Source: Squalus acanthias (Eukaryota). Taken from it: a stretch of 64,000 nt of DNA. Positions 8,860-20,700 of the stretch are shown one piece after another (the first letter of the stretch is position 1; each line of letters begins with the position of its first letter). The stretch covers positions 186,001-250,000 of the forward strand of contig JASTWF010000337.1 of assembly GCA_030390025.1 (NCBI GenBank), in the 5' to 3' direction. The notes under the pieces are model-generated. The model was given only the letters and a program-made list of their open reading frames with translations, ran no database searches and was not told where the DNA came from. Both the position numbers and the translations under genes were made by a program.

Positions 8860-11470
8860 AGGCTTTGTGTCTTAATGCGAGGAGCATTCGTAATAAGCTG
8901 GATGAATTAGCTGCGCAAATAGATGTAAACGGATATGATATAATTGGGATTACGGAGAGATGGCTCCAGGATGACCGAGGCTGGGAATTCAACATCCAGG
9001 GGTATTCAATATTCAGGAAGGACAGAAAAAAGGAAAAGGAGGTGCGGTAGAATTGCTGGTTAAAGAGGAGATTAACACAATAGTAAGGAAGGATATTAGC
9101 TCTGATGATGTGGAATCTGTATGGGCAGAGCTGAGAAATACCAAGGGGCAGAAAACATTAGTGGGAGTTCTATACAGACCCCCAAACAGTAATGCTGAGG
9201 TTGGGGATGGCATTAAATGGGAAATTAGAGATGCATGCAATAAGGGCACAACAATTATCATGGGTGACTTTAATCTACATATAGATTGGGCTAACCAAAT
9301 TAGTAACAATACTGTGGAGGAGGAATTCCTAGAGTGTATACGGGATGGTTTCCTGGACCAATATGTCGAGGAACCAACTCAAGATCAGGCCATCTTAGAC
9401 TGGGTATTATGTAATGAGAAAGGATTAATTAGCAATCTTGTTGTGCGAGGCCCCTTGGGGAGGAGCGATCATAATATGATAGAATTCTTCATCAAAATGG
9501 AGAGTGAAGTAGTTGACTCAGAGACTAGGGTCCTGAATTTAAATAAAGGAAACTACGATGGTATGAGGCACGACTTGGCTAGGATGGATTGGGGAACGTT
9601 ACTTAAAGGGTTGACGGTGGATAGGCAATGGCAAACATTTAAAGATCGCATGGATGAACTACAGAATTTGTTCATCCCTGTTTGGCATAAAAATAAAACA
9701 AAAAAGGTGACTCAACCATGGCTAACAAGGGAAATTAGGGATAGCATAACATCCAAGGAGAGGACATATAATTTGGCCAGAAAAAGCAGAAAACCTGAGG
9801 ATTGGGAGCAGTTTAGGATTCAGCAAAGGAGGACAAAGGGATTAATTAAGAGGGGGAAAATAGATTATGCGAGTAAGCTTGCAGGGAACATAAAAACTGA
9901 CTGTAAAAGCTTCTATAGATATGTGAAGAGAAAAAGATTGGTGAAGTCAAGCGTAGGTCCCTTGCAGTCAGAATCAGGGGAATTTATAATGGGGAACAAA
10001 GAAATGGCAGACCAATTAAATACATACTTTGGTTCTGTCTTCACAAAGGAGGACACAAGTAACCTCCCAGAGATGTTGGGGAACATAGGGTCTAATGAGA
10101 GGGAGGAATTGAATGAAATCAGTATTTGTAGGGAAATGGTGTTAGGGAAATTGACGGGATCGAAGGCCGATAAATCCCCAGGGCCTGATAATCTACATCC
10201 TAGGGTACTTAAGGAAGTGGCCCTAGAAATAGTAGATGCATTGCTGGTCATCTTTCAAAATTCTATAGACTCTGGAACAGTTCCCATGGATTGGAGGGTA
10301 GCTAATGTAACCCCACTATTTAAAAAAGGTGGTAGAGAAAAAATGGGGAATTATAGACCAGTAAGTCTGACATCGGTAGTGGGAAAAATGCTAGAGTCCA
10401 TTATAAAAGATATAATAGCAGAGCACTTGGAAAACAGTTACAGGATCGGACAAAGTCAACATGGATTTACAAAAGGTAAATCATGCTTGACTAATCTACT
10501 GGAATTTTTTGAGGATGTAACTGGTAGAATAGATAAGGGAGAACCAGTGGATGTGGTGTATTTGGACTTTCAGAAGGCTTTCGATAAGGTCCCGCATAAA
10601 GATTAGCGTGCAAAGTTAAAGCACACGGGATTGGGGGTAAGGTACTGTCTTGGATAGAGAACTGGGTGGCAGACAGGAAGCAAAGAGTTGGAATAAACGG
10701 GTCTTTTTCCGAGTGGCAGGCAGTGACTAGTGGGGTACCGCAGGGATTGGTGCTAGGACCCCAGCAGTTCACAATATGTATAAATGATCTAGACGAGGGA
10801 ACTAGATGTAATATCTTAGACAACACAAAGCTGGGTGGACGTGTGTGCTGTGAGGAGGATGCAGAGAAACTCCAGTATGATTTGGACAGGTTGGGTGATT
10901 GGGCAGATGCATGGCAAATGTAGTATAATGGGGATAAATGCGAGGTTATCCACTTTGGTGGCAAAAACAGGAAGACAGATTATTATCTGAACGGCAATAG
11001 ATTGGGAAAAGGGGAAGTGCAATGAGACCTGGGTGTCCTTGTGCACCAGTCGCTGAAGGTAAGCATGCAGGTGCAGCAGGCGGTTAAGAAGCCAGTTAAG
11101 AATTCTAACAGGTCTAGACAGACTAGATGCAGGAAGGATGTTCCCGATGGCGGGGGAGTCCAGAACCAGGGGTCACAGTCTAAGGATAAGGGGTAAGCCA
11201 TTTAGGACTGAGATGAGGAGGAATTTCTTCACCCAGAGAGTGGTGAACCAGTGGAATTCTCTACCACACAAGGCAGTTGAGGCCAATTCATTAAATATAT
11301 TCAAGAAGGAGTTACATATATTTCTTAAGGCTAAAGGGATCAAGGGATATGGAGAGAAAGCAGGGACAGGGTACTGAATTTGGATGATCAGCCATGATCT
11401 CATTAAATGGCGGAACAGGCTCGAGGGGCCGAATGGCCTAATCCTGCTCCTATCTTCTATGTTTCAATGT
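8860..11470 (+). mobile_element. CR1 LINE, near-complete but decayed ORF2 (APE endonuclease + RT) with 3'UTR; ORF1 absent
   Basis: EN motifs CLNARSIRNK, GITERWL, YRPP, MGDFN, SDHN; RT motifs SPGPD, NYRPVSLTS, DFQKAFDKV, GVPQG. Frameshifts at ~9030-9050 and ~10600, deletion of the FADD region at ~10815, roughly 0.3-kb deletion at ~11095; tail TTCTATGTTTCAATGT. Confidence 0.96.
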
Positions 11471-11699
11471 AAAAACCCTGGCCCACTCAGGGAAAAAAAT
11501 ACTTTGGAAAATTCCACTCCAACCCCCTCAGGGGATGGAAACCAGTCCGGGAGATCACACGGACCCAGTGTTCTCTATAACAACACTGGCCTTCTCTATG
11601 AGAGGATCTCCGCCCCAGTCAGGACCCGGTCCAGCTGCCTCTGGTAGGCAGAGAGTCAGCACCCATCGCACTCGGCCGATGACACGTTCCAGAGACTCA

Positions 11700-12092
11700 C
11701 TACTCTCTGGGAAAGTGGAACTGCTCAACATTCAGCCTATTCCCACCCTTACACAGCTTAAACTCCTGTCCCCTGCCCCTCCTCAATCTGTTAAACTGAA
11801 ATAATCTGTCAATAGGGACGCTATCTTTCATTATTTTACAGACCTGTATCAGGCTACGTTGCTGTAAAGTAAATAGGCCGAGGTCCTTGAGCCTATCTGA
11901 GTAGCTGAGGTTCTTGAAGCTCGGAATCAATCTTGTAACTCTCTTCTGGACCTCTTCCGAGGCCACCATGTGGGGACACCATGTGGGGACACCATGTGGG
12001 GACACAGTACTCTAGAGGCAGTCTGACCAGCCACCTGTATAGTCTCAAAATGGTGTCCTTTGATTTATACTGAATAGTTCTATTAATGCAAC
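11700..12092 (-). mobile_element. Old CR1 fragment, 3' part (split by the element at 12093-12809)
   Basis: Minus strand reads CINRTIQYKSKDTILRLY..LVR..LEYC and EEVQKRVTRLIPSFKNLSYSDRLKDLGLFTLQ. Confidence 0.85.
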
Positions 12093-12809
12093 TTTAAAAG
12101 GGGTGCAGGAACAGAGAGACTTGGTGGTTTACATACAAAAATCTTTGAAGGTGGCAGGACAAGTTGAAAAGCTGTTAAAAAAGCATATGGGATCCTTGGC
12201 TTTATTAATAGAGGAATAGAGTACAAAAGCAAGGAAGTTGTGCTGAACCTTTATAAAACACTGGTTAGGTTTCAGCTAAATTATTGTGTCCAATTCTGGG
12301 CACTTTAGGAAGGATGCCAAGTTCTCGGAGAGGGTGCAGCGGAGATTTACTGGAATGGTACCAGGGATGAGGGACTTCAGTTATGTGGAGAGACTGGAGA
12401 AACAGGATTGTTCTTCTTAGAGCAGAGAAGGTTAAGGGGAGACCTAATAGAAACGTTCAAAAATATGAAGGGTTTTGATAGAGTAAATAAGGAGAAACTG
12501 TTTCCAGTGGCAGGGTGGTCGTTAACCAGAGGACACAGCTTTAAGGTCATTGGCAAAAAAGCCAAAGTTGAGATGAGAATGTTTTTACGCAGTGAGTTGT
12601 TGTGATCTGGAATGTGCTGCTTGAAAGGGCGGTGGAAGCAGATTCAATAATAACTTTCAAAAGGGAATTGGATAAATACTTCAAGAGGAAAAAATTTGCA
12701 GGGCTGTGGGGAAAGAGCCGGGGAGTGGGACTAATTGGAGAGCTCCTTCATAGACCCGGCACAGGCACCATGGGCCGAATGGCCTCTTTCTGTGCTGTAA
12801 GATTCTATG
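12093..12809 (+). mobile_element. 5'-truncated CR1 (distinct subfamily) inserted in the opposite orientation into an older CR1
   Basis: LKGVQEQRDL...LEQRRLRGDLIETFKNMKGFDRV...WNVL.ERAVEADSIITFKRELDKY; ends GGGCCGAATGGCC...GATTCTATG. Confidence 0.9.
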
Positions 12810-13085
12810 AACACCCTGTTAGTTTTACCAACAGTTTAATGATCTGGCACAATAACACCTAAATCTGTTTCTCTCTCAACCTCTTTCAGTATTGTTCCCT
12901 GCAAATGATAAGTGTATTCTGTGTTGGCCTTACCAACGTGCATGACGATACATTTATCTAAATTAAATGCCATTTGCCATTGTGTGGCCCACTCACCTAG
13001 CACATCTAAATCTTTTTGCATTTGATTGTACTCCTCTACTGTCTTAACCTGGCATAGATTTTGGTATCATCGGCAAACTTACTGA
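12810..13085 (-). mobile_element. Old CR1 fragment, 5' part (continuation of 11700-12092)
   Basis: Minus strand SKFADDTK...QKDLDVLGEWATQWQMAFNLDKCIVMHVG...ETDLGVIV...KTNRV, collinear with CINRTIQY on the other side of the insertion. Confidence 0.87.
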
Positions 13086-13469
13086 CCATGATTATAAAGT
13101 GGGATAAAGATACTTACTGTATTCACATACTATTGAAATATGCACTTTCAGTGATGGGTAGAGTTTATCAAATAAAACTTTATTCTAACAGAACGATGCA
13201 GTCTCGCTGTTTATCACTTACACTTTGCACTGACTTTCATTTGCTGTTCATGGATCATCACTAAAGATCTGCCATTGATCCATCCCTCTCTTTGTCCTCT
13301 CTGTGTGCATCAGTTGCCTGAAGCTGCTCCTGGCTCTGTGGTGTCCTCCATTCTCAGCTTTTTCCCCACGTCCCTCAATCGATGAGAATTACATCGAAAA
13401 AACGTCAAGAAAAAGGCCTGTGTTGGTAATCACCATACGAGCAACATTCTAGTCCCACGTGCCCATCCT

Positions 13470-13738
13470 GTTCCCACATCCCTTTATCCCCCTTTTCTCA
13501 ACCACCTATTAAATGCTGACAAGGTCTCTGCTTCAAATTCTAACTCCAGCAGTGAATTCCACAGTCTCACAACCCGCTGTATGAAAAGGTCTCTCCTGCT
13601 CTCTATCCTAAATCTCTTACATTTAATTCATTCTAGACCCCTCAACTTTCATAACTTTAAAAACTGCTATCAAATCACCCCTTAATCTCCTCTATTCAAA
13701 TAAAAACAGCCCCAATTTTTCAAGACTTTTGTTGTATT
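13470..13738 (-). mobile_element. Old CR1 fragment, 3' part (split by the L2)
   Basis: Minus strand YNKSLEKLGLFLFE*RRLRGDLIAVFKVMK...FIQRVVRLWNSL. Confidence 0.8.
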
Positions 13739-16700
13739 TCAACTTTCATCTACCTATCATGCTTTCTCTCCTCTGAGTTCACTGCCCTCCTATCTTCCCT
13801 TAATCTCACCCTCCATCTAAACTCCCTTACCCATATTTACGGCCACCCCCTCGAACTCGCCATCTCACGTGGCCTCGCTACTCCCATTGTGTCAATCACA
13901 GATAAGGCCATCTCTGATCACCCCCTTGTATCGCTCTCCACCCACATCCCCCTTACCCCTCCCAACCCCTTCTGTGCCCACCCCTGGAAAAACTCTCCCC
14001 CAAGTCACTTACAGCGGCACTTTCAAAATCCCAACTGTCCAGCCTTGGCCCTCCATTCACCACGACATTTCTGCAGCTACCAATCTGCTCAACCACACCC
14101 TCACCTCCACCTTTCATGCCCTAGACCCTATTAAAACCATTTCTCTCTCACGCTGGTTGTTCCCCCTGGTACGGCCCTCATCTCCGCTCCGTTAAGTGCA
14201 AGGGACGCAGACTTGAGCGGATATGGTGGACAAGTGGATTAGCCATTCACCGCCAGATCTGGCTGGGCCACATAAAGCACTATCGGGTCCTGCTCTCGTC
14301 TGCCAAAACTGTTCACTATTCCAGAATGATTCTGGAATGCAAAGATAAACCCTGGCTTCTTTTCTCTACTGCAAACCGTCTCCTTAAACCCCTCTCCCCT
14401 GCCTCCTTCACCCTCACCTTCAACAACAAGTGTGAGGAGCTCATGGACTTCTTTGTCACTAAGATTGAGACCATCCGATCAGCTGCCTCTGCCACTTCCC
14501 TCTCTTTTCCAAGCCCACTGGGCCAAACTTCCTCTGAGGTTCCCCCCTGCCCGAGCCCCGAACTCGCATCTTTCTCCAGTTTCTCTCCAATTTCCCCTCA
14601 TGCCCTCTCTGAGCTCATCTTGTCCATGAGACCCACTTCTTGCTCCTATGACCCTATTCTGACTAAACTGCTGAACTCCCAACTTCCCTTTTAGGCTCCC
14701 ATGTTTGATGACATTGTTAACGGTTCTCTCTCCTCAGGTACTGACCCCTCTCCTTCAAATCTGCCGTCATCACCGCCCTCCTCAAAAAAACAACCCTTGA
14801 CTCCTTTGTCCTTGCAAACTACCGCCCCATCTCCAACCTCCCTTTCCTCTCCAAAGTCCTTGAACGTGTTGTCGCCTCCCAAATCCATGCCCATATTTCT
14901 CAGAACTCCATGTTTGAATCCCTCAAATCTGCTTTCTGTCCCCGCCACAGTACCGAAACAGCTCCCATCAAAGTCACAAATGACATCCTGTGACTGTGAC
15001 AAAGGTAAACGATCCCTCCTCTTCCTTTTCGGCCTGTCTGCAGCCTTTGACATGTTTGACCACTCCATCCTCCTCCAACGCCTCTCCACCGTCGTCCAGC
15101 TGGGTGGGACTGCACTCGCCTGGTTCCATTCTTATCTATCCAATCGTAGCCAGAGAATCATCTGCAACGGCTTCTCTTCCCACTCCCGCATCGTTACCTC
15201 TGGTGTCCCCCAAAGATCTATCTCTACCTCGCCCCCACTTCTCCCGACCCCTCCACTGTCTCTAAATTGTCACGCTGCTTGTCTGACATCCAGTACCGGA
15301 TGAACAGAAATTTCCTCCAACTAAATATTGGGCAGAGCGATGACATTACCTTTGCTCCCGGCCACAAACTCCGTTCCCTAGCCACCGACTCCACCAGTCT
15401 CCCTGGCAACTGTCTGAGTCTGAACCAGACTGTTCGCAAACTTGGCGTCATATTTGACCCTGAAATGAGCTTCTGACCACATATCCGTCCATCACTAAGA
15501 CCGCCTACTTCCACCTCAGGAACATTGCCTGACTCCGCCCCTGCCTCAGCTCATCTGCTGCTGAAACCCTCATCCATGCCTTTGTTGCCTCTAGACTGGA
15601 CTAATCCAACAGACTCCTGGCCGACCTCCCATCTTCCATCCAGACTCGCCCATGTCCTAACTCGCACCAAGTCCCGTTCACCCGTCACCCCTGTGCTCGC
15701 TGACCTACATTGTCTCCTAGATAAGCAACCCCTCGATTTTAAATTTCTCATTCTTGCTTTCAAATCCCTCCATGGCCTCGCCCCTCCCTATCTCTGTAAT
15801 CTCCTCCAGCTCCACAACCCCCGCTGCTGCTCTAACTCTGGCCTCTTGAGCATCCTCGATTATAATCGCTCAACCATTGGTGGCCATGCTTTCTTTGGCC
15901 ACCCCCTAAGCTCTGCAATTCCCTGCCTAAACCTCTTTGACTCTCAACCTCTCTTTCCTCCTTTAAGATGTTCCTTAAAACCTACCAAAAGATAAATCGT
16001 GCTTGACTAATCTACTGGAATTTTTTGAGTATGTAACTGGGAAAATAGATAAGGGAGAACCAGTAGATGTGGTGTATTTCGACTTTCAAAAGGCTTTCGA
16101 TAAGGTCCTGCATAAGAGATTAGCGTGTAAAGTTAAGGCACATGGGATTGGGGGCAAGGTATTGACTTGGATAGAGAACTGGTTGGTGGACAGAAAGCAG
16201 AGAGTAGGAATTAATGGGTCTTTTTCCGAGTGGCAAGCAGTGACTAGTGGGGTACCGCAGGGATCGGTCCTTGGACCCCAGCTATTCACAATATACATTA
16301 ATGATCTAGATAAGGGAACTAAATGTAATATCTCCAAGTTTGCAGATGACACAAAGCTGGGTGGGAGTGTGTGCTGCGAGGAGGCTACTGAGAAACTCCA
16401 GGATGATTTGGACAGGTTGGGTGAGTGGGCAGAAGCGTGGCAGATGCAATATAATGTGGATAAATGCGAGGTTATCCACTTTGGTGTCAAAAACAGAAAG
16501 GCAGACTATTATTTGAATGGCAATAGATTGGGAGAAGGGGAAGTGCAACGAGACCTGGGTGTCCTTGTGCACCAGTCGCTGAAAGTAAGCATGCAGGTGC
16601 AGCAGGCGGTGAAGAAGGCAAATGGTATGTTGGCCTTCATAGCGAAAGGGTTTGAGTATAGGAACAGGGATGTCCTGCTGCAGTTGTACAGGGCCTTGGT

Positions 16701-17420
16701 GAGACCACACCTTGAGTACTGTGTACAGTTTTGGTCGCCTTATCTGAGGAAGGATGTTCTTGCCATGGAAGGAGTTCAGCGAAGATTCACAAGGCTGATA
16801 CCTGGGATGGCAGGAATGACATATGAGGAGAGATTGGGTCGATTGGGCTTATACTCGCTGGAGTATAGAAGAATGAGAGGGGATCTCATCGAAACATATA
16901 AAATTCTGACAGGTCTGGACAAACTAGATGCAGGAATAATGTTCCCGATGGTCGGAGAGTCCAGAACCAGGGGTCATAATCTAAGGATAATGGGTAAGCC
17001 ATTTAGGACAGAAATGAGGAAGAATTTCTTCACCCAGAGAGTGGAGAACCTGTGGAATTCTCTACCAGAGAAGGTAGTTGAGGCAAAGTCATTAAATATA
17101 TTCAAGAATGAGTTGGATATATTTCTTAAGGCTAAAGGTATCAAGGGATATGGGGAGAAGGTAGGTACAGGGTACTGAGTTTAGATGATCAGCCATGATC
17201 TCATCGAATGGCGGAGCAGACTCGAGGGGCCGAATGGCCGACTCCTGCTCCTATCTTCTATGTTTCTATGTTTACCTTTTTGACCAAGCTTTTTGTCATC
17301 TGCCCGAATATCGCCTTATGTGACTCGATGTCAAAATTTGTATTAAAACGCTCCCGTAAAGCACCTTGGGAAGTTTTACTACATTAAAGGAGGTTGATAA
17401 ATGCAAGTTGTTGTTGTTGT
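13739..17420 (+). mobile_element. Decayed L2-clade LINE (ORF2 + 3'UTR + (GTT)n tail), itself interrupted by a CR1 at 15987-17272
   Basis: Fragmentary translations ISDHPLV, PWY, PTSCSYDPI, NYRPISNLPFLSKVLERVV, LSAAFDMFDHSILLQRL, LAWFHSYLSNRSQ, SGVPQ, VRKLGVIFDPEMSF, VTPVLADLH, FKSLHGLAPPYL. The sequence resumes after the CR1 as ...CTTTTTGACCAAGCTTT and ends ATAAATGCAAGTTGTTGTTGTTG. Confidence 0.9.
15987..17272 (+). mobile_element. Young 5'-truncated CR1 with an uninterrupted 391-codon RT/C-terminal frame (16003-17178), 3'UTR and (CTATGTTT)n tail
   Basis: DFQKAFDKV, GVPQGSVLGP, ISKFADDTKL motifs; flanked by a 4-bp direct repeat TACC (15983-15986 / 17273-17276). Confidence 0.97.
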
Positions 17421-17745
17421 ATTCATAATTCCTCAAATCAGGAAGCATCCAGCAAAATCTGCTCTCAAACCTCTCTATTGCTCCAACATCCTTCCTACAG
17501 TGTGGAGCCCAAAACTGCACAGTCTCCAATTGAGGGGTTAAGATACAGATTCACCAGTACAACTCGACTTTACGATACTATACATCATCGGAAAACTTCA
17601 TCGTTTTTATGGCCGTATCTACTTGAGGTGCTGTTTAATGTCTTTGACACTGAATGCCAAATGCTCTGCTGTCAAATATCAACCAGGTTTCCTCCATCTA
17701 AAGTATAATAATTACTTTAATTTTCTTCTCCTGTTGCCACCGATT
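17414..17745 (-). mobile_element. Old CR1 fragment, 5' part (continuation of 13470-13738), ending at the satellite boundary
   Basis: Minus strand GGNRRR...YTLDG...VQFWAPHCRKDVGAIERFESRFCWMLPDLRNYEY. Confidence 0.75.
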
Positions 17746-20700
17746 ACTGTGCACTCTATCAGCACTCACTGTTACTGTGCCCTCTATCAGCACTCACTGT
17801 TACTGTGCCCTCTATCAGCACTCCCTGTTACTGTGTGCTCTATCAGCACTCCCTGTTACTGCGCTCTCTATCAGCACTCACTGTTACTGTGCTCTCTATC
17901 AGCACTCCCTGTTACTGTGTGCTCTATCAGCACTCCCTGTTACTGTGCGCTCTATCAGCACTCACTGTTACTGCGCTCTCTATCAGCACTCACTGTTACT
18001 GTGCACTCTATCAGCAATCCCTGTTACTGTGCTCTCTATCAGCACATCCCTTTTACTGTGCTCTCTATCAGCACATCCCCTTTACTGTGCTCTCTATCAG
18101 CACTCTCTGTTACTGTGCTCTCTATCAGCACTCTCTGTTACTGTGCTCTCTATCAGCACTCACTGTTACAACGCTCTCTATCAGCACTCACTGTTACTGT
18201 TCTCTCTACCAGCACTCACTGTTACTGTGCTGTCTGTCAGCACTCCCTGTTACTGTGCTCTCTACCGGCACTCACTGTTACTGTGCTCTCTATCAGCACT
18301 CCCTGTTACTGTGCTCTCTATCAGCACTCCCTGTTACTGCGCTCTCTACCAGCACTCACTGTTACTGTGCTCTCTATCAGCACTCACTGTTACTGTGCTC
18401 TCTATCAGCACTCCCTGTTACTGCGCTCTCTACCAGCACTCCCTGTTACTGTGATCTCTATCAGCACTCCCTGTTACTGCGCTCTCTACCAGCACTCACT
18501 GTTACTGTGCTCTCTATCAGCACTCACTGTTACTGTGATCTCTATCAGCACTCCCTGTTACTGTGCTCTCTATCAGCAGTCACTGTTACTCTGCTCTCTA
18601 TCAACACTCCCTGTTACTGCGCTCTCTATCAGCACTCCATGTTACTGTGCTCTCTATCAGCAGTCATTGTTACTGCGCTCTCTATCAGCACTCCCTGTTG
18701 CTGCGCTCTCTATCAGCACTCACTGTTACTGTGCTCTCTATCAGCACTCACTGTTACTGTGCTCTCTATCAGCACTCCCTGTTACTGTGCTCTCTATCAG
18801 CACTCCCTGTTACTGTGCTCTCTATCAGCACTCCCAGTTACTGCGCTCTCTATCAGCACTCCCTGTTACTGTGCTCTCTATCAGCACTCACTGTTACTGT
18901 GCTCTCTATCAGCACTCACTGTTACTGTGCTCTCTATCAGCACTCCCAGTTACTGCGCTCTCTATCAGCACTCACTGTTACTGTGCTCTCTATCAGCACT
19001 CCCTGTTACTGCGCTCTCTATCAGCACTCCCAGTTACTGCGCTCTCTATCAGCACTCCCTGTTACTGCGCTCTCTATCAGCACTCCCAGTTACTGCGCTC
19101 TCTATCAGCACTCCCAGTTACTGTGCTCTCTATCAGCACTCCCAGTTACTGCGCTCTCTATCAGCACTCACTGTTACCGTGCTCTCTATCAGCACTCCAT
19201 GTTACTGCGCTCTCTATCAGCACTCACTGTTACTGTGCTCTCTATCAGCACTCCATGTTACTGCGCTCTCTATCAGCTCTCCCTGTTACTGTGCTCTCTA
19301 TCAACACTCCCTGTTACTGCGCTCTCTATCAGCACTCCATGTTACTGCGCTCTCTATCAGCACTCCATGTTACTGCGCTCTCTATCAGCACTCACTGTTA
19401 CTGTGCTCTCTATCAGCACTCCCTGTTACTGTGCTCTCTATCAGCACTCCATGTTACTGCGCTCTCCATCAACACTCCCTGTTACTGTGCTCTCTATCAA
19501 CACTCCCTGTTACTGCGCTCTCTATCAGCACTCCATGTTACTGCGCTCTCTATCAACACTCCCTGTTACTGCGCTCTCTATCAGCACTCACTGTTACTGT
19601 GCTCTCTATCAGCACTCCCTGTTACTGCGCTCTCTATCAGCACTCCATGTTACTGCGCTCTCTATCAACACTCCCTGTTACTGTGCTCTCTATCAGCACT
19701 CCCTGTTGCTGTGCTCTCTATCAGCACTCACTGTTACTGTGCTCTCTATCAGCACTCACTGTTACTCTGCTCTCTATCAGCACTCACTGTTACTGTGCTC
19801 TCTATCAGCACTCCCTGTTGCTGTGCTCTCTATCAGCACTCACTGTTACTGCGCTCTCTATCAGCACTCCCTGTTGCTGTGCTCTCTATCAGCACTCACT
19901 GTTACTGTGCTCTCTATCAGCACTCACTGTTACTGTGCTCTCTATCAGCACTCCCTGTTGCTGTGCTCTCTATCAGCACTCCCTGTTGCTGCGCTCTCTA
20001 TCAGCACTCCCTGTTGCTGCGCTCTCTATCAGCACTCACTGTTACTGTGCTCTCTATCAACACTCCCTGTTACTGCGCTCTCTATCAACACTCACTGATA
20101 CTGTGCTCTCTATCAGCACTCCCTGTTACTGTGCTCTCTATCAGTACTCACAGTTACTGTGCTCTCTATCAGCACTCCATGTTACTGTGCTCTCTATCAG
20201 CACTCCATGTTACTGTGCTCTCTATCAGCACTCACTGTTACTGTGCTCTCTATCTGCACTCACTGTTACTGTGCTCTCTATCAGCACTCCCTGTTACTGT
20301 GCTCTCTATCAGCATTCCATGTTACTGTGCTCTCTATCAGCACTCCATGTTACTGCGCTCTCTATCAGCTCTCCATGTTACTGCGCTCTCTATCAGCTCT
20401 CCCTGTTACTGTGCTCTCTATCAGCACTCACTGTTACTGTGCTCTCCATCAACACTCCCTGTTACTGTGCTCTCTATCAGCACTCACTGTTACTGTGCTC
20501 TCCATCAACACTCCCTGTTACTGTGCTCTCTATCAACACTCCCTGTTACTGCGCTCTCTATCAGCACTCCATGTTACTGCGCTCTCTATCAACACTCCCT
20601 GTTACTGCGCTCTCTATCAGCACTCCATGTTACTGCGCTCTCTATCAACACTCCCTGTTACTGTGCTCTCTATCAGCACTCCCTGTTGCTGTGCTCTCTA

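Noticed and set aside
8598..11700. Flanks of the 8860-11470 CR1 as a split LTR-retrotransposon or coding remnant
   Set aside because: I could not identify a convincing motif or a clean TSD; a translated search would be needed.
9053..17178. Retron, diversity-generating retroelement, group II intron or domesticated RT gene next to the repeat array
   Set aside because: All RT sequences are ordinary CR1/L2 LINE ORF2 with 3' tails, 5' truncations and short TSDs; no template/variable-repeat pair or accessory gene is visible.
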